Shown here in pieces: positions 62,611 to 64,000 of a stretch of DNA of 64,000 bases. The stretch is from Trichodelitschia bisporula (Eukaryota), in contig ML996694.1 of NCBI GenBank assembly GCA_010356995.1, positions 929,224 to 993,223 on the forward strand. Direction: 5' to 3'. A program made the translations under genes and the position numbers. The notes under the pieces were generated by a model, which had not been told where the DNA came from, made no database searches, and worked only from the letters and a program-made list of their open reading frames with translations. The number at the start of each line of letters is the position of its first letter. The first letter of the stretch is position 1.

Positions 62611-63802
62611 ATGCTCCGCACAGCCGGTCGCTCTCTCTCGCGCCCCCTCGTTGCGGGGCAAGTCCGCCAGGGCATCAGCTCCAGCCCGCTTCAAGTGCAA
62701 TTCTCATCGAAGCTCTGCACAGCCAGCTCCAAGCGGCCTTCACCACTTTCAGCCTCCAATGCGCCCACTGCCGTGTCCTTGCTTCGACGCCATTATGCTC
62801 AATCTAAGTGGGATAAAGTAGACAAAAAGGCTGAAGAGAAACTCGCGAAAGCAAAGATAAAACCCACCCCGGAGACCGTCAGCACCGAGTCCTCGATACG
62901 TCCCGTTTTCACTGAAGTCGGGGAGGAAGCACAAGACAATACCAAACCTGTAAAACATGGGTTGAAGGACGATCTGGTGCGCCCCAATTGATAGCGAAAG
63001 AAAGCTGAACTGACTGTTGCCAGACCACGATCCGTTCTGCCTTCGACCTCACTGATGTCCCACCACAGGCGTACTACATGGGGTTGGCCGGCGTTGTTCC
63101 ATATGTGGTAACATCACTAACGACTGTATTCGCTGCGCGAGAGATTCATGTTGCGTCCGACTGGGGACGCGGGATGTTTTTGACGCAAGAGAGTGCAGAA
63201 ACACTCCTTCACCTTCTCGAGCCGCTGCAGGTTGGCTACGGCGCAGTCGTATGTATACCCCGTTCCCAAAAGTCTAGTTGCAGCTTGTCTAACCGCCCCA
63301 GATACTCTCCTTTCTCGGAGCGATACACTGGGGACTCGAGTTTGCCGGCTATGGCGGGCATCAGGGTTACCGCCGCTATGCCATCGGCGTTGTCGCCCCG
63401 GCAATCGCGTGGCCTACCATTTTTCTGCCTACGGAATACGCTCTCATCACCCAGTTCATTGGGTTCACCGGGTTGTACTACGTAGACGCATTGACCGGCC
63501 GAAAAGGATGGGCTCCAGCGTGGTATGGAACGTACCGGTTCATGCTGACTTTCATTGTGGGAGCCAGCCTTGTCGTCAGCCTGGTTGGACGTGGGCAGAT
63601 TGCGGACCACCTTCACTCGCAGAGGAAACCCGCCGAGATGATGACTCAATGGAAGGATACGAAGGAGCAAAAACTTGCGGAAGAGGTAGAGTTCGAAACG
63701 AGGGCTGCGGTGAAGAAGCAGGAAGGCAAGGAGAATGCGGAGAGTGAAGCGGCTGAGGAAACCAAAGGTGACGATGGGGACGAGGACAGCGAGAAGAAGT
63801 GA
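62611..63802 (+). CDS. Mitochondrial membrane protein, DUF3429 (TMEM69-like) family
   Basis: Arg/Ser-rich presequence. Introns 62977-63023 and 63249-63301. Spliced 'YGAVILSFLGAIHWG' and 'WAPAWYGTYRFMLT' motifs. Confidence 0.85.
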
Positions 63803-64000
63803 TGTGGACGCGGCTATACCATGGTTCTCATTGTTTATCCCTCAGTGCAAGGTTGCAAGGCGTTGGAAGTTTTTCTCACGGTCTAAGGGAAGAAAGTTGA
63901 GCCCTTTGGCTTGTCTCCCTCTACCATTTTGTTGAAATTTCTCGAGAGCGTAAACACGGCATAATTATGGTCAATAGGTTAATCATAGTACTTTGCTTCC

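Noticed and set aside
1..64000. CRISPR arrays, transposons, rRNA
   Set aside because: No repeat-spacer arrays, transposase or reverse-transcriptase motifs, terminal repeats or rRNA signatures were seen.

Overview
This window is gene-dense, GC-rich DNA from a filamentous ascomycete (Pezizomycotina). A Dothideomycete-like origin is my inference. Introns are short (about 43-120 nt) with CTRAC/CTAAC branch sites. I manually spliced about 23 protein-coding genes. Housekeeping genes: MTG1 (partial), BOR1-type anion transporter, neurochondrin-like protein, Prr1-like kinase, IEC3, Utp16-like protein, VCX1, YME1, GPI18, Pcl-type cyclin, RAM1, RMD1, PIK1, DSC2, cytosolic HSP70 and a DUF3429 mitochondrial protein. 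Accessory or poorly known genes: a secreted PHM-like copper-monooxygenase-fold protein, a Pro/Cys-rich secreted protein, a CM1-motif protein, a VOC/glyoxalase protein and a PL4 rhamnogalacturonan lyase. I could not support any rRNA, tRNA, CRISPR array or intact transposon. The best novelty candidates are: (1) a spliced gene that appears to encode a MazF/PemK-like (toxin RNase fold) domain with a C-terminal membrane anchor; (2) the secreted PHM-like putative copper enzyme with an altered ligand set; (3) a hairpin-rich non-coding region of about 1.2 kb between an uncharacterised gene and YME1. All family assignments come from remembered motifs, not from database searches.
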